DNA of 64,000 nucleotides from Selaginella moellendorffii (lineage: Eukaryota > Plantae > Lycopodiophyta). The notes beneath the pieces are model-generated. The model was not told the DNA's origin, did no database searches, and worked only from the letters and a program-made list of their open reading frames with translations. The stretch spans positions 270,002 to 334,001 of the forward strand of contig NW_003314288.1 in NCBI RefSeq assembly GCF_000143415.4. Direction: 5' to 3'. The translations under genes and the position numbers were made by a program. Position 1 is the stretch's first letter. Each line of letters starts with the position of its first letter. Shown here in pieces: positions 60,601 through 64,000 of the stretch.

Positions 60601-61210
60601 CTATTTCGTTAAAGTGGGATTTATTCAGTAAAATGGGACTAGGTATAAATTTTCAAGTATTTGAAAATGACGTGAAATTATATGTTTTTTGTCCAGGGGC
60701 TAGACATATCTGGGGCATGGTGACTAGCGCGGTGACTTTGTGTTCAGACTGAGTCCATCTGGTTGTATAATAAATCTCATTGTCAAGGTGAACAAGCCGA
60801 ATCTGAAGCTAAAGAAGAGCGATGGCATGCGCGCACACACTATTTGTTTGTTCATTGAGCGTGTGGTGAGCTTTCCAAGATGAACATCATTCCTATTAGC
60901 CAGACATATAACTTAATGGTGAGAACATTTAGATATTATTCAATGTTATCTTTTTCTAACGAATCTAATTATGAAGGTGTAGCAAGAGGCATTGCTAGTC
61001 TGGAGAAGTCATTTAACTCATTTGACCCTTAGTGTATTTTCATGAAACTAAATAACATTCATATTATTAAGGAATTTCTCTAGTACCTTTTTTTTACGAC
61101 ATAGAGGCTTGCATTTCTTTCAAAGGTGATTTAGTAAAAGGCCTGAGGGCACATGCCATTCTATTTCTCAGACCGGTATTAAGATATACTAGTGCAAAGG
61201 GCCACATGCC

Positions 61211-64000
61211 ATCACGCCTCCTCTGATTCAGATTCAGATTGTTCACCTTGAAATAAAATACATTAGAAACTTAGTAAAGGAATATTAATGAATCTCACCT
61301 TGAACCCGGGTTATGAATGCTCTTGCTGCATCTCTTGCATGGTCTGGCAAGGTGATGGTGGCACTCTGCTTCCGCATCCAACCATGCACAACATTATCCA
61401 CCGATATGCTCATGCTGGGATCCCTTGGATTCAGCACCCATCTCTTTTCTAAGCAATCCTTCGTATATCCGGAACTTGGCTTGAACCACTCCACAGTTAC
61501 ATTGAAGGAGTTAGTTTCCGCGTCCTCCTCTGCATCAGTGATGCAGCGCCCCACCCATATCATTTGTTTTTTATTATTGGGTCTGACAAGCACGACCATT
61601 CCTTTGCAGACCTGTACTGGATTGAATGCTGAATCCGGCTTCTTGTTCCTCGGCCCACAATAGTGATCCTCAACATCGTTATCTGTCACTGCATTTCCAG
61701 AGGACATTGTTCCGCTACTATCTGGTGCTCTAGGTTCTGGCCAAAAGGACTCTTCCAATTCTTCATATACAACCGGCCCATTTTGGATAGCAGATATAAT
61801 CTTCTCCCAGTATTCGAGCAAAGGCTTGCACCTCTTAAAATAGGATTCTCCACCAAACACCAACCCCCTCTTCCAGAAGGCAATATGCTGTCTAATCCCG
61901 GCCACTATACTTTCCTGGTCTTTGAGTCCATCCGGGTGCATCGGCCGTGGGGAACCCTGAGGAATCATAGGTTCCCCAGTTATGGGATCTCTCTTGAAGA
62001 GTTCAATGCCATCCACTGGCAGCCACACTGTGTCCCATTCTCTCATCTTGTACCTCATCACTGGAGCACCGTCACGCATGCTGAAATGAAACTGAAGAGG
62101 CTTGGAGTGGCCAATCAGCGTTTCGGATCCGTCCCTGATGTAGCCTCTTACAAACCCCTTAAAGTCTGGAACCTCTGTCACAAGTGCAGCTTCAACAATG
62201 CCTTTGATGCAATTTTGGAATTCATCGTAGAGTTGTGGGAGGGTGAGGACATTGGATCGCCGGAGGGACTCTGCCAGGTGACTGAACATGGCATCGACGT
62301 CTTCATGAGTGTGCCCAACCATGAGAAAGCCAAGTGTAACCGTTTCAAATATGCCTTTGGCAACAAGCATCGCCAAGTACGCGAAGACGTACATGTTTTT
62401 GTTCTCACTGCCAGCATTGTCTGTTTGGAGCAGAAGATGGGGTGGAAGGCCACATCGGCCGCAAGAACTTCCTTGAGATTCTGCTTCGTTTGGATGAGGC
62501 TGTGCATTCACCGGGCGACCAGCCTCGTCGGAATGGCATGAGGCCTCACGTGATAACCCTACAATCTGACGGCCAACATATTCACTGGGATGGCATGGGG
62601 CCCCATGCGATACTGCAAGCCTTTGCTCCTCCTCCAGCTGAACCCTGTATGGGGTTCGATCGACAAGGGCCTTATGCAAGGGTTGGCCGTTCAGCTCAGT
62701 CTGCGCACTTTGCAGAGACCTTAAGTGTTTTGCTAGGGACGCAATCATCATGTTTGCACCCCCGCCACCCCATAGAGGTACAAAGAAGTTCCCATAGTTC
62801 TGGGCACCATGCCCATGAGCGATTATGCCAAACAGAGACACAGGCAGCTGCATGGATGAAGAGATTGCCTTGGGGGCAGGATTGAGTCGAGGTAAGCACG
62901 TCTTTTTCTGGTCCATTTTGTCGTGGATGATGCAGAGGTAAGAGTCAGGTCTCTCCATGGAGAGAATCCTGTTATGATAATATGCAGTCCTGCAGCTTCT
63001 CTACTCGATGTTGTGGTCGAGCCGCCTTCTAACCAACGTCTCTCGCTCTTGAGCACTGCAAGAATTCTTCGACAAAGCCATTTTGATAGCAGTGCACTCG
63101 TCACACTTTGAAAAGCTGGAGTACTTTCCTATACTCACATCCCTGAACCTGTTGCTCCACAATCTACTAAATCAAGATTGGCTCAGCTTCCTGTAGCCAT
63201 TACTCTGGAGTTCCCAATTCACATCTTCCAATATGGCCCCGTTGGTATACATGGAAGGGAGAACTCGTTGGGTGTCTCGTGTTCCATCTTCCAAGAGGCG
63301 GGTTTTATGTGGTTGTTGCTCGCTACATGTCTCGACAAACCTCTTGAAGATTGCCTCTCCATATACAACATGACCCCTGGTTTTGTGCGTACCGTCGTTC
63401 CCATGGATTGCCTGTTGAACCCTTTGTTCCTCGAACTCAGTTTTGATTCTGTAGAATGTGCTTCGAGGGACTCCATAAATGATTCTCCATGCCTTCATGC
63501 AGACCAAACCCCTCTGGAAGACCATGCACCCCACCTAATGTTCTGAAGCATCAACAGATGACCGTAATGCCTCATACACAAAATTGCGAGCTGCCTTCCA
63601 GGACAATGTCTTGTATCTTGCTCTCTCCTCTTCAATAGCATCCCAATCAGCATGTTGACAGCACCTCCTCTTGCAACAAGCAACTGTCGAGACCATTCGA
63701 ACCTCCATCGCCATTTTCTGCCTTTTCGGTTCGTTGCTCAGATCCCTTTGGCTGCGCTGTAGGAAGGTGTACTTTCTTTTCCCATGAAGAGATGTTCTAT
63801 CATTAGTTGTAGTGGTGTTTGATTGTGAATCCTTCACATTCTCAAACACTAAATGCCTCAATTTCCACCGCACAATGCTTCCAATAGTCAGACTGTTTTC
63901 TTCTGTGTCAACAACCTCTAAAATCGCAACTCCAATATCATCCCAGCCCAATTCTTGATTAGCAACCGCATCTCTTGGATCGACAACTGTGGCTAAGCCC
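61211..64000 (-). mobile_element. Sola-like DDD transposase pseudogene (5' end beyond the window)
   Basis: One reading frame with three stops (63535, 63172, ~63001). CCKRRCC, VCMKAWRIIYGV, FSKCDEC, IHDKMDQKK, LQTDNAGSENKN, FLMVGHTHEDVDAMFS; probable short last exon GEQSESESEEA* after an intron at ~61249-61298. Superfamily assignment is tentative. Confidence 0.75.

Noticed and set aside
1-64000. tRNA, rRNA or other structured ncRNA genes
   Set aside because: None recognised; the only tRNA-related sequence is the retrotransposon PBS

Overview
Plant nuclear DNA, most likely the lycophyte Selaginella. This is inferred from 50-60 nt introns, very short intergenic gaps, tandem S-type PPR genes and a DYW:WW editing factor. 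The left 13 kb is a compact gene cluster: a small Cys-rich secreted peptide and a truncated paralog, a PLS-E PPR gene, oleosin, a neuroguidin/Lcp5-like gene and SEC16. From 13 to 36 kb there are three copies of a PPR pseudogene block (one inverted) mixed with decayed Gypsy, PIF/Harbinger and CACTA pieces and stray gene fragments (CYP28-like, alpha-L-fucosidase). At 38.5-41.8 kb is an intact PPR-DYW gene built from near-identical 333-bp PLS units that differ at the RNA-recognition code positions. The main result is an 11.6-kb Mutator-like element (46795-58404, TIRs, 9-bp TSD CTTTGTTGG) inserted in a Gypsy RT. It carries four genes in a symmetric layout: an apparently intact GCM/DDE/SWIM transposase, a spliced ParB-like + beta-class amino-(N4C/N6A) DNA methyltransferase-like gene, and two paralogous zf-XS-like zinc-finger ORFs, with a hairpin array between the two central genes. 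The window ends inside a Sola-like transposase pseudogene. All calls come from reading motifs by eye; no searches were run.
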